Shown one piece after another: positions 54,010 to 64,000 of a DNA stretch of 64,000 nucleotides. Where the stretch lies: the NCBI GenBank assembly GCA_016748015.1, contig JAAOMT010000436.1, positions 1,610,847-1,674,846 of the forward strand, given 5' to 3'. This stretch comes from Geosiphon pyriformis uo1 (taxonomy: Eukaryota > Fungi > Glomeromycota). Position numbers and translations under genes: made by a program. The notes under the pieces are model-generated. The model had not been told where the DNA came from. It saw only the letters and a list, made by a program, of their open reading frames with translations, and searched no databases. Each line of letters starts with the position of its first letter. The stretch's first letter is position 1.

Positions 54010-54300
54010 AATTTTACTTGTGCTTATTTTGCTTGAAACGGTACCAAGTACCTTTAGTGGGGCATGTTGGTTTTGGCCTCCAGACGATGCTGATACGATC
54101 TTTGTTCAAGTTGAGCTAATTTTGGAAAAACTTCTTCTGGTTAAATGAATGTTTAGACAACCACCACCACCACATATATTAATGCAAGATTTGAAATTAT
54201 TCTTAATTTCAATGCATTTATAGCACATTTCTAATCTGTCCATTGCCATTGCAGCAATCACCGTTATCGGTTAAGGTGGTATTGAAACTAAAATTTTAGA
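54010..54300 (-). pseudogene. RlpA-like double-psi beta-barrel (expansin/loosenin-like) pseudogene
   Basis: Frameshifted translation IAAM..CYKCIEIKN..C.GGC..IHLT / EEVFPKLAQLEQ / RISIVWRPKPTCPTKGTW resembles the DPBB pattern C..C+.+...D.C..C...+DL+..AF..LA....G.+.+.W. A Ser/Thr-rich broken frame at 54620-54850 may be its N-terminus. Confidence 0.55.
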
Positions 54301-56747
54301 CTTATTTCGTCCAAAAAACGATGAGAATGAGAAAATTTTAGAGAAACTCATTTTGTAAGAATAGTTTCTTTTATTTATTTTCAACTCAGGAGAAGGTATT
54401 TAAAAATTTTTCTAGCTAAAAGTTTTGAAATGTATGAAAAGAAGATAAATTTCGAATTTTTCTCGAAAATGTATGTCAAAAAAAGGTTCTAAATTTTTTC
54501 GAATATGGGAAATGAAAAAGGTTACTGGTTGAAGTATTTGGATAAAATCATTCAAAGAAATTCACTCATTAAATACTATGAATTCTAAAAAATCGGGGAA
54601 ATAGCTCAACTATTTTTATTGCTTTCCCATTGCTATTCCTCAATATTTGTTGTTGTTTTTGTTGTTATGGAAGAAGGAAAAACTGTAAATTCTTACCCTC
54701 TGAGTGCACAACAATTTTTAAGGATACCAATTGAAGCCATATTATTTGATGGAGAAATTTTCAAAGCTGTTGATGGTGTAGAAGATCCAGAAAAAGTTGA
54801 AGAAATTGAAAATGTTGTTCCAAGTATAACAAAATATTGTACAATTGTTCATTTAAATACTTTACTTACATAATTAAATAGAAAAATTGTATAATTTTAA
54901 GATTAAATGAGTTGCAAAAAGAAAGAAATAAATAAATAAATTTCAAATATTTAACTTTTCTCTTTTATAAGTTGGTTTTGGATGAAAATAATTCATATAT
55001 AAATCAAAGCACAAGATGAAACTTCGGATTAACATGTCCTATTAATCACTTAATTTGCGCCATAATATATTAATTTTAATTGTGTGTTTACCCACGCCAC
55101 GGTGAATATTGCTTCTAGGGCTGAGAAAACATTTTGACTGTAACACTTTTTGAATTTTATTCTTTGGTTTAGTAAAACAAATCTTTATAATAAATTTATT
55201 AATTCATATGAATTTCACAAAGAACATCATTTTGCAACAAACTGGTTACAATGGTACACCCAATTGTTGTTATTCACACAATTAAAAAGAATTGGGTGAT
55301 CCATCAATAAGAAGCGAAAAACTTTTTTTTTAGCATTATTAGGATATATAAGTCTCAGTATTTCACTTTCAACAACGTATATGTACTGTAATAATACTTT
55401 CTTATTTAGAAATTTATTTTTAATAAAAGAAACGTTACATAACACTGAAAAATATCCAAAAGCTCCTGGTAAACCCGAGATATTCTCTTACATTCATCAA
55501 TTATCCAACTTAAACTAATTAATTTCTAATTAAATACTAGGTACTTTGGTATCAGCCCAATCCCGTAATTATACTTTATCAATATTTTTAACATGTAATA
55601 CAGAAAGCATCTTAAAAACTTCTCAAGACTAAGGGGGCTATCTATACATCAAGAATTTTTTGTGCTTAGAAATCAAAATCAAGTTATGTCGATCTATGTT
55701 ATTTATGGAGTTGTGAATATTATATTAATCAATTTAGTGTTGTAGGAATAATAATAATTCTCCTCAATTTGGTATAGATATTTCAAAATCTTTGGTAGTT
55801 GATTATTTACTTTGCTTCCCAACCCCCCTCTTTCCCCTAAATTTAGGAAAAAACTTGGGGAAGTAAATGTTTGAGGTATATAAATATGGAAAAATATTTT
55901 GATGATTCCTGTTTCATCTGATTCTAGAAAGTCGATCACATATAGTAAGATTATTATTGCTGTCTAATACCCTTTTTGTAAAAATATTTCATTTATTAAT
56001 TAAAAATACTTTTAATGAAAATTGTAGTCTTTTAAAATGATCAGTTTAAAAATTAATTCAGTCAAATATTCAATTTAGCAATTTAATAAACTATTTTTCC
56101 AACCAAATCTGTTATTATTATTATTATTATTATTATTATCATTATTATTATTAAGCATATATTGGTTGTTCTTAATTTTAATAATTTATTTTGGCTGTGG
56201 TATTTTTCAAAATTTATAACATAATTTGGTCTTTTAAATATTGATTAAATTAAATTTTTAAATTAAACTAAATGATAATAGATGTATTCAAAATACAATT
56301 AAGTATTTATATTTTAACATATATATTTTAAAAATAATATTTTAATAAATTAAAATTAAAATTTATAGAATGTTATACCTAAAAAATATTATTAAAAATA
56401 TTTTGTCATTTTTCTAATTACTAATTATAACAAAAATTATTTTTTAATTAACTTTAAAAAATTTATTATTATTAAAAAATTTAATTCTCAAGTTAAATTT
56501 ATTGTTTCACATAATTTAGGAAGTTAATTCCTAGAACTATAAATTTTTTTTTGGTTCATCTGTACGAGCAAATAATTGGGCTCAGCATTATCCAACAGCA
56601 GAATGTAACGTGCCCAAAGGCCACAAAGTTTTATTGTCTATTCCAAATGTGGCGTCAAAGAATATCGAAGTTAAGAATCTCACGATGATCTTGATGCAAG
56701 GCGATAAATTGAGTAACTTTTAAGTAGAAAATCCACACTTCTAATCA

Positions 56748-56753
56748 CACGTG
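56748..56753. promoter_or_regulatory. E-box/G-box CACGTG in a CpG-retaining region upstream of the 57392 gene
   Basis: CACGTG inside a GC-richer 56560-57060 segment. Confidence 0.3.
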
Positions 56754-57391
56754 GCGTGTCCATATGTTATAACTTGATCTCGAAAAATCCTTTTGGCCAC
56801 TAATGATTTAGTATCTGGAAAGCATTGTTAGCCGTGTAAAACACAAATTATTTGATCTTTTCAAATTACATTTTTACAAAACCATACGTTTCCGGGAGTC
56901 AATGTCAACATTAAGCCTCAAGTCATTGATTATCATCCGTTCATCATCGATACATTGCTGCCCGCTGCTGTTAGTCTAGTGTAGCCTTTCGCTCTTTTGG
57001 CAGCAATGATAATACTTGGTGACGCACAAGGTGATGCAGATGGCAGCCCTGATTGACCAGTTTATCCTGGTATATACAAAATATTTCGTAGGGAACTCTG
57101 ATAATAATAATAATAATAATAATAATTATAATAATAAGGTTTGTCATTCTACTTCAACACTTTTCGACTTTTTCAAACTTTGTATTTTCCTTTCACAACA
57201 AGAAAGAAAAGAATAAAAATCTTTTAAACCGTCACACTTTTAATCTTGAACTTTAACGGTTCGTTCCACTTTCCGCTAATACTTGATTTTTGTGGCGATC
57301 CAAAAAATTCTCTCCCCGAACAACAATATTTAAAACCGTCAAACTGTCCAACCATCTCTCGCCTCATCAGGGTTCCATAAAAGAAACCACC

Positions 57392-60300
57392 ATGGGGCAA
57401 GCTCAGGATCGAATGGTGGAAGGTGAACAAACAAGTTCATCTGACCTCAATCCAGGGCCGAATACTGTCACACCGGCAAGCTCCAAAGAAAAGGTTTCGT
57501 CAAAGCACATGAATGGTGACATCAACACCAGACCAACAATGCAACAAGAGGATACAATATTTATTAAACAAGACGATGATAAATCTCCGTTTACCGAAGA
57601 AGAACTGGGAGAGGCCTTAGAAAAAGGAAAGTCTCTGACTTTAGAAGCCACCAGACTTCTATCGGATATGAAGAATGCTGGTAGCGATTTTTCCGTTAGC
57701 AGTTCAAAAATAATTTTTTCGCAAAATCTAATTGCAGGCTTAACAATTCGAGAAAGTTCTTTTAATGATATTAAAAGCACAGCCTCTATTGTGCAAGCAA
57801 CAACCATCAAGAATAGCAATGCAAAAGATCAACAAAAAGGACTTTTGAAAAAATCTGATGATGTAAGCTCACAAAGTTGGAGCAGTGATATTACTGCTTC
57901 AAACCCAATTCAATATAGCAGTGAAATGCTGAATTCGACGAATAAGACCTTGTCTGATGAAAAGATAAACCATCATCATCATCATCATCATCATCAAAGT
58001 ATCAACAATTCGGCAAAAGCATCTCTGGATGATGCTACACCTTACACAATACCACCTGCAATCGCTGAGAATGTATTACGTGAGATGTTGGCCAATAAGC
58101 CAGATCCTGTCGTATTGGAACAACTGAAACCAACAACATCACCTCAATCTGAGAAAGGTGAAAATTTATCAAGCAAAAGTAAATTAAAGGGTAATCTGGC
58201 AATTCATAAAAAGAATGGTGAGTCATCTGAAGAGAATAAAAATCATAATAGCAAAAAGAACAATCTTATAATCTCCTCTGGTACAACAGACACCCCTTTC
58301 CCTTCTAAATTTACTTTTCCAAATATTGCCGACAAGAATTTTTTTGACCCGAATTTTACTACCATTATTCCAACTCCATCCATCTCTACATCTACTTCAT
58401 CCTCACCATCATCATCCACTTCACCATCCTCATCCACCTCACCATCATTGATACCTTTTGCTTTTCGTGACACTACGGAGCCAACTTCTTTATCCAATAT
58501 CAACAACTTTCAACAATCCACCTTTGCAAAATCGCCAGCATCTCCGCAAAAAGCTCCTTCCTCTCAAGAACAACAGCAACGTCGTATTCCTTCTGGTCCA
58601 TTAAATCCACCTATTCTGGATAAATTTTCCCCGGAATTATCATCCAAGCAGACCGGAGTAACGCCTTTGCCAGTATCATCTTTTTGGGGAACATCATCAA
58701 TTAAAACAAGGTCGCCAATTGATACCCAATTTTCCTCGGGAGTATTATTTCCCCAATTTAGCGGATCTTTTAAGTTTGACCTTAATGCGAAGAAAGGCAC
58801 CACCACTACCATCACCACCACCAACACCACCGCCAATAATAACTCTCAATCGCATTCTATCACCGTTGCGAAGCAATTAAATTCAACACCAAAAATCCCA
58901 GGAAATTCTGACACATCATCCTTAACTTCACCCATAGGATCTAATTCTAGCCCCAAAGCAATTTTGACGAATTCTAATATTGTCAGTCCTCTTTTAACAT
59001 CCCCAAATGCTCCAGAAAAAAGTAGCACTATTAGCAGTCCTTCCAATAACAGTTTGCCACCTTTCGGCAGTTCATCACCATCAGGGGTCAAAAAGTTGCA
59101 TATTAAGTTTGGTGAATTTAATTTATCGTCGGTACAGGTAACAAAAAATGATGAAGAACTAGCAAAAGGCTTACTAGACCTTGGTAATACCCTTCCTGAG
59201 ACATCATCTGCTGATTTGGAAGGCTTACCCACTCCTAAAGGGTTTCCAAATGGAAGCTCTAATAATTTCCCTTTTTATCGTCCTATACGCCCTTTGCCTG
59301 CTAGAGCAAAATCGCGCCAATCAGCTAATGCAGGTAATAAGGAAGGTAATAAAGAGAATATAAAAAAGAATATACTTTTCAATCAAAAAAATGACAATGA
59401 CACAGCAGTGGCCAGTACATCTGCCCAAGCTTCTTTGCCGGTTATTCCTCCATCACCATTATTTTCTTTCACTACCCCAGTTCATTCTGATGGTGCTGAC
59501 GATGATTTCGATGCTGATGAAGAGGATGGCAATAACGATAATGGTCATAGTGATTGGTTGGACAATGCCAATAACAAGAAGAAGAGAAAAGCTTTACAAA
59601 CAGTTGGGGGAAATTCTATTGTTAATGGAGGTGGAGGGGGAGTTATTAAAAGCTCTGCCTCAAAAGAACGAGCAAGCCCTCTTCGAAGAGTTGATCGTCG
59701 TTCTTCACAACGAAGTGTGTCAAACAAGAGCTCTTCATATATTGCTTCACCCGATGGCTCGACTGATAAAAAGAATCCTAGTAATATTGAATCGAATAGT
59801 GTTAAAGTTCCACCTGATCAGAGCAAGTTTGACTTCTCCTTTGCAGCGGCAGCAGCAGCTACTGTGAATGCAGCTAGTGCAAAAAGATTAGCGGCTGTTT
59901 CCCCGTTACAGCCAATGAATACAAAGAATGATCCGTTCGCAGCTACCATGTTCCTTAACAATGCTCCTGCTTCTAATATAGCAACACAAACAGCAATTAA
60001 AAAGAAAGGATCTACAAAAAGAGCAGCCCCTTCTTCTGCACTATTCAAAACAGAGGGTCTAGGAAGTAATATTTATGCGCATCCACATAATGCCTCCAAT
60101 GCCAAAGCACATGGGAGCGCAATTGCACCCACAGTAGCTCCCAAAAGACCTCCAAATGCTGCTCGTAAAAAGAATAAAAAGAAAATATCTATGACAAATA
60201 ATCAAATGATTCAACAACAGCACCATGATGATACTTCATCCACTGGATCATTTGAAGTACCACCCTCAGTGAATGCAACTAATCCCACAGGGCGACGTAA

Positions 60301-60499
60301 AGTTCGCTTTAACGAGAAAAATGGTGACTGGATTTGTCTTTTTTGTGAATACAAATTATACTATGGTGATGGGCGTCGTACTAGGCGAAGGCCCAAAGCT
60401 ATTGCGAATATTAATGGTGGAGATGCTCCCAATGATAATAATAATCATCATTCTGGTGGCCAAGGAAAAAGTGGAATCGATAAAGCTCTTACAAGCTAG
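57392..60499 (+). CDS. Single-exon ~1035-aa Ser/Thr/Pro/Asn-rich, largely disordered, probably nuclear protein with C-terminal WICLFCEYKLYYG motif; function unknown
   Basis: 3.1-kb open frame in very AT-rich DNA. First ATG has a strong ACCACCATGG context (the ORF-track start at 57290 is TTG). NLS-like NNKKKRK and RKKNKKK, a His tract and a CxxC motif. Confidence 0.9.
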   Translation: MGQAQDRMVEGEQTSSSDLNPGPNTVTPASSKEKVSSKHMNGDINTRPTMQQEDTIFIKQDDDKSPFTEEELGEALEKGKSLTLEATRLLSDMKNAGSDFSVSSSKIIFSQNLIAGLTIRESSFNDIKSTASIVQATTIKNSNAKDQQKGLLKKSDDVSSQSWSSDITASNPIQYSSEMLNSTNKTLSDEKINHHHHHHHHQSINNSAKASLDDATPYTIPPAIAENVLREMLANKPDPVVLEQLKPTTSPQSEKGENLSSKSKLKGNLAIHKKNGESSEENKNHNSKKNNLIISSGTTDTPFPSKFTFPNIADKNFFDPNFTTIIPTPSISTSTSSSPSSSTSPSSSTSPSLIPFAFRDTTEPTSLSNINNFQQSTFAKSPASPQKAPSSQEQQQRRIPSGPLNPPILDKFSPELSSKQTGVTPLPVSSFWGTSSIKTRSPIDTQFSSGVLFPQFSGSFKFDLNAKKGTTTTITTTNTTANNNSQSHSITVAKQLNSTPKIPGNSDTSSLTSPIGSNSSPKAILTNSNIVSPLLTSPNAPEKSSTISSPSNNSLPPFGSSSPSGVKKLHIKFGEFNLSSVQVTKNDEELAKGLLDLGNTLPETSSADLEGLPTPKGFPNGSSNNFPFYRPIRPLPARAKSRQSANAGNKEGNKENIKKNILFNQKNDNDTAVASTSAQASLPVIPPSPLFSFTTPVHSDGADDDFDADEEDGNNDNGHSDWLDNANNKKKRKALQTVGGNSIVNGGGGGVIKSSASKERASPLRRVDRRSSQRSVSNKSSSYIASPDGSTDKKNPSNIESNSVKVPPDQSKFDFSFAAAAAATVNAASAKRLAAVSPLQPMNTKNDPFAATMFLNNAPASNIATQTAIKKKGSTKRAAPSSALFKTEGLGSNIYAHPHNASNAKAHGSAIAPTVAPKRPPNAARKKNKKKISMTNNQMIQQQHHDDTSSTGSFEVPPSVNATNPTGRRKVRFNEKNGDWICLFCEYKLYYGDGRRTRRRPKAIANINGGDAPNDNNNHHSGGQGKSGIDKALTS

Positions 60500-61428
60500 G
60501 TAATTGTAAAATGTGTCGATAATTTTGAACTTGCACTCTAAAAAATTTAACAAGTGGCTTGCTACCGCTTTTTTGCATTTTTTTTTTTAGGGAAAAGAAG
60601 ACTTGAAAGGCACTTGTAATTATATAGTAGGTATTTGAGTCTTAAATTTTGATATTTTATCTTAACTTTTTGAAACAAAATTTTTAAAATTTCTTTTCAT
60701 TTTGGTTAGATCTTTTTCTAAAACTACATTTTAACGATCCCTTTACATCTCTCTATTTGTAGATTAGATTTACGGTGCGCGCGTACAAGTATTCGCTTAC
60801 TCGTACGTACCACTATCAGAGATCTGCTACTTCTGTATTATAATGTGGAAAGTGGAGATAATACAGCAGGGTCTCCATGTACCATCTATATTTGTACTAT
60901 GAGTTTTTCTTTCAATCAATCAATCACACCAATGACTATCAAAATTTCTCTCTCCGAGGTAACCATTTTCATTTCAGTATTTACTTTAGCTTGAAACGCC
61001 CCAACTGACATGCACACACAAAACAAGACTTGTTCTACTATCGTCAAACATAGTAGGTAATGTTTCTTTTATGTTTTCTATCTTTCTTTGGTTTGTCTCT
61101 CGATCTTCTTTGTATCCTTTTAAGGAAAACAGCTATGGCGTTCACAAAAAAAACTAAAGATCAATAAAGTTCGATATTCGTTTTAAAAATTGGTTCCTTG
61201 AAGATTGTTATTTGGATGGCCAGATTTTTGAATGGAAAGTAATAAGAAATCACGAGTTTTTCTTATTTACAAATATATTTACTTGTTGCAATAAAAATGG
61301 TGATCTTTCACATTTTATGTCTTGTTACTTCCAAGCCTCCCTTGCCATTGCTTAGCCTATTTGCACTCACTAGTCATACAAAAAATCTAATCAACTTGAT
61401 TGTCAATCTAAATTAAGCATTTTAAAGT

Positions 61429-61677
61429 GTTCTATATGTACGAAATATATGATGAGCACAGCTAATGATTTCGTCAGAATATCGGCTCTGGTGTCTACTG
61501 GAACGACCAAGCCACAGCGCTGTCTCAGTACCGAGTGCGATTTACTCTGCATTTGACCTCGAATATGTTCCTGCAAAACTCGTGGTTCTCTTCGACGATG
61601 TAACCTCTGACGGGCACAAGTCTTCATCTACGACAAACGCCAAAAGACGGAAGGCATCCTTAACCGCACGTTACTAG
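61429..61677 (+). pseudogene. tnpA: IS607-type serine recombinase (TnpA) relic
   Basis: Motifs in order across frameshifts/deletions: VLYVR (cf. YARVS), NIGSGVYW (cf. DIGSGLN), YRVRF..AFDLEYV (cf. YRDRL.RFAFDL.E), AKLVVL, AKRRK. Confidence 0.72.
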
Positions 61678-62659
61678 TCAAGATGTACCACAACTATTGA
61701 AGCGATGGATGGGCTTACCAAGATTTGCATTTAATACTATGGTGTCACAGAAAAAGGATGGTTAAAACCTATGAAGTTTCAACAAACGTCTTCTTTTTGA
61801 TGTTTCGGCTGTCTGTGGTGAAAGAACATTTTGCAGAGCCGTCGTCCATTTTGGCGTGCTCTTAAGAGGTTGTTTAGGCTCAGCTCCTGCAAACATTACA
61901 GCTGAAGCGATTGATCAAGAATTGTTTGCGCTAAAGGAAGTTATTAAACGTGATGCACAGTGACAACAAGGTACATCAACACATCATCTTCCTTTTCAAT
62001 TTCGTAAGGCACTGCATCACACCATACATTTCGTACTCTGAATTTTGCCCAATTACCTTGGAATCGCTTCTATGTTTCTTAACTTCTCACTCCAGCAACA
62101 CAAGGTAAAGCTAATAAATTTTAATTCTTTATTTTTAAGAATAAACATGTATTATGGCCTCTCCCCTTTGAAAAAAAATACAAAAAACAAATGACCCAAT
62201 CCACATCTCACTTACTCTCGCAAAGCTAGTATGTTCGCCTCTGCAAATTTATGGAAAACCTTTACTCAAAAAAAGATTAAGCCAGAAGATTAGAAAAGGC
62301 AATTGGGTGCATACATCAAAAGATCCTATGCTTGCAAACAGAAATACACAGAAAGGCTGTCGTATTTTTCACTCCCGAATTTGATGCTATTGTGATTCCT
62401 CCCTTTGAGGTATCGGGAATGGTGAATCGAAAAATGGGACGAAAAACAGTTAGAGAGATGGGCGCACTACCGATTTCGTCAAAGTCTGATCATCAAGGCA
62501 CAAGAATCGGGATCCGAGTATCATGAGGCCCTTACCTCTAAAACTTGTAGCCGGTTTGGAAATATCTCAAGAAACGGAGGATTTGGGGATAGAGATGAAA
62601 ATGGAGTTCGGGAGATCTTCCTCCAGGCATTGCTTGATGGAGCCTTGGTTTTCCAGTGA
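61678..62659 (+). pseudogene. tnpB: TnpB/Fanzor2-like RNA-guided nuclease relic
   Basis: Motifs in order: KMY..QLLKRWMGLPRFAFN, APANITAEAID, VRLCKFMENLYSK, ARRLEKAI..IHQKI..LQTEIHRKAVVFF..FDAIVIPPFEVSGMVNRK..RKTVREM, WAHYRFRQSLIIKA, EALTSKTCSRFGNI (RuvC-II/Zn-finger start), DRDENGVREIFLQALLDG* (RuvC-III). RuvC-I and part of the Zn finger are deleted. Confidence 0.88.
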
Positions 62660-62700
62660 CCATGCAAGAATAATAGACGTTACTTGCTTAGTATACCTAT
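62621..62700 (+). ncRNA. Candidate omegaRNA scaffold remnant of the TnpB/Fanzor2 element
   Basis: Three consecutive stem-loops overlapping the tnpB stop: CTCCA/TGGAG (62621-62642), TGGTT/GACCA (62646-62662), GCAAG..TAA/TTA.CTTGC (62664-62687). The position matches where TnpB/Fanzor guide scaffolds lie. Confidence 0.4.
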
Positions 62701-64000
62701 TGTTGAATATGTGGCCTAAAGATAAAAACCCGTATTATGATTGACTGAAAGAATTCATAATTTACTTTGATTTTTGCTAGTGGGCTAATAAAGAGATAGA
62801 AATGACCCAATATTTGTGGAAAAATCGAAAATCAATTACAGAATTCATATTGTAAATTGTTTCAATACCTATTAGTTAATGTTGATAGCTATTTGTCGGA
62901 AATTTCTGATAGATAAAAAACTTTGTGCCATTAACGATATTTGAAATGAAGCTATTGGGTTAGAAACATTATATTGGTAGCGAGCCTGTTTTTTGACCTT
63001 CATCCTAGGTTTTGCAGGAATGGGTAGACACTTCATTCAGGGCGAATAATAAGTCATACAACCATCCCTGTCTTGATCAGAACATGCAGTAAGCGTGCCT
63101 CGGCTAGGAGTTTTTCTGAAAGTGGCTCATTTATTTAGTTTTTTACCAACAAAGGCAGTTATATTAGAGGTGCTCTCATCTCATTTGCATTTTCCTCCGA
63201 TTCATTGCTCGAAGATGAGAAAGTTCTTCAAAGGTTTTGCAATGTGGAGATATTTGAATGTGCGTTCACCTAAACCAGACAAAGTGAACATCAAGCAATT
63301 GTGGCTTTGGTTATTGAAAAGGCATTATCTTCATCTTTTCGCTGGCTTCCTCCTCAGCACTCAGAATACCATTGCTGTCATCCCGGCTGTCACCAAGATA
63401 GCTGGAATTAATCATAAAGGAGATATTCACCCTTAATTACTTTTACCTCAGAGCTGGGCATAACATTGGGGCCGTCGATCCGTTCATCCCCGGTGCCCAG
63501 CAAGGAGGATCAACCACACCCCAAGAGGAAGAGTTGCAAACGCGGCGGTGAACATTGATCTTTCTCTCCACCAACCACTTCCTCCTTTCGCCGCCAATCA
63601 CACAAGGTACAACCTTGCAAACAAATTCCTTTTAGTTGTGACACCAGAATTGGTCCCCCACGACTCCATTCGAGATGAGTGAATGTGGTAAGGAAGGAGA
63701 TTTTGAATTTTTGAATTTTCCGGACTGTTTTATTCCACATGTTCATTTTGTCTGGTTTTGTTGCAGCACGCGCCATATAAAGTGACTCTCAATTAGAACC
63801 ATCGCAAATACACATTTAATTTGACGAAAAAACAGTTTAAAATTTTAAAATTGGTATTTTATTAAATAAAATACTTATAGAATATTAAAAAAACATAATT
63901 TTTTACAATTAATTTTTAAATTTACTATCACATTTTAAAATTGAATAATTCGAATTCTCAATATTATTTTTTTTTTGATAAAAATATTTCAGAATTAAAT

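Larger units (their letters stand above)
61429..62700 (+). mobile_element. Decayed IS607-family element (TnpA serine recombinase plus TnpB/Fanzor2); true ends not resolved
   Basis: Adjacent co-oriented tnpA and tnpB relics in the canonical IS607 order, with higher GC than the host DNA. Confidence 0.82.

Noticed and set aside
57403-60553. Multiple antisense/alternate-frame ORFs within the large CDS
   Set aside because: Shadow ORFs of a GC-richer coding region; no motifs.
1-64000. tRNA or rRNA genes
   Set aside because: None recognised by eye; a tRNAscan-SE/Infernal run would be needed to exclude them.

Overview
AT-rich, intron-containing eukaryotic DNA, most consistent with an early-diverging fungus (Glomeromycotina-like; inferred from base composition, short GT-AG introns, a Sel1 relic and a lipase-3 expansion). 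About 50 kb (1-50.6 kb) is a tandem array of 13 class-3 lipase (Lipase_3, alpha/beta-hydrolase) loci that I reconstructed exon by exon: 10 intact spliced genes, 2 pseudogenes and 1 5'-deleted duplicate at the window edge. Only 3 intact genes keep the catalytic Ser (GYSLG/GFSLG/GYSFG, with signal peptide and acidic pro-region). The other 7 have clean ORFs but replace the nucleophile with Gly (x5), Asp or Ala while keeping the Asp and His, and carry an N-terminal hydrophobic anchor, usually followed by a dibasic site. They are a candidate family of non-catalytic lipid-binding pseudo-lipases. Interspersed are a full-length but decayed Tc1/mariner (DD34E, perfect 29-bp TIRs), a second Tc1 relic beside a ~340-bp hairpin-bearing tandem repeat, a solo LTR with a 5-bp TSD, a Sel1-repeat pseudogene, an Asn/Gly-repeat secreted-protein gene with one premature stop, and an RlpA/expansin-like relic. 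The right end holds a 1035-aa single-exon low-complexity protein followed by a decayed IS607-type element (serine-recombinase TnpA plus TnpB/Fanzor2 RNA-guided nuclease) with omegaRNA-like hairpins at its 3' end. All assignments come from manual translation and motif recognition; no searches were run.
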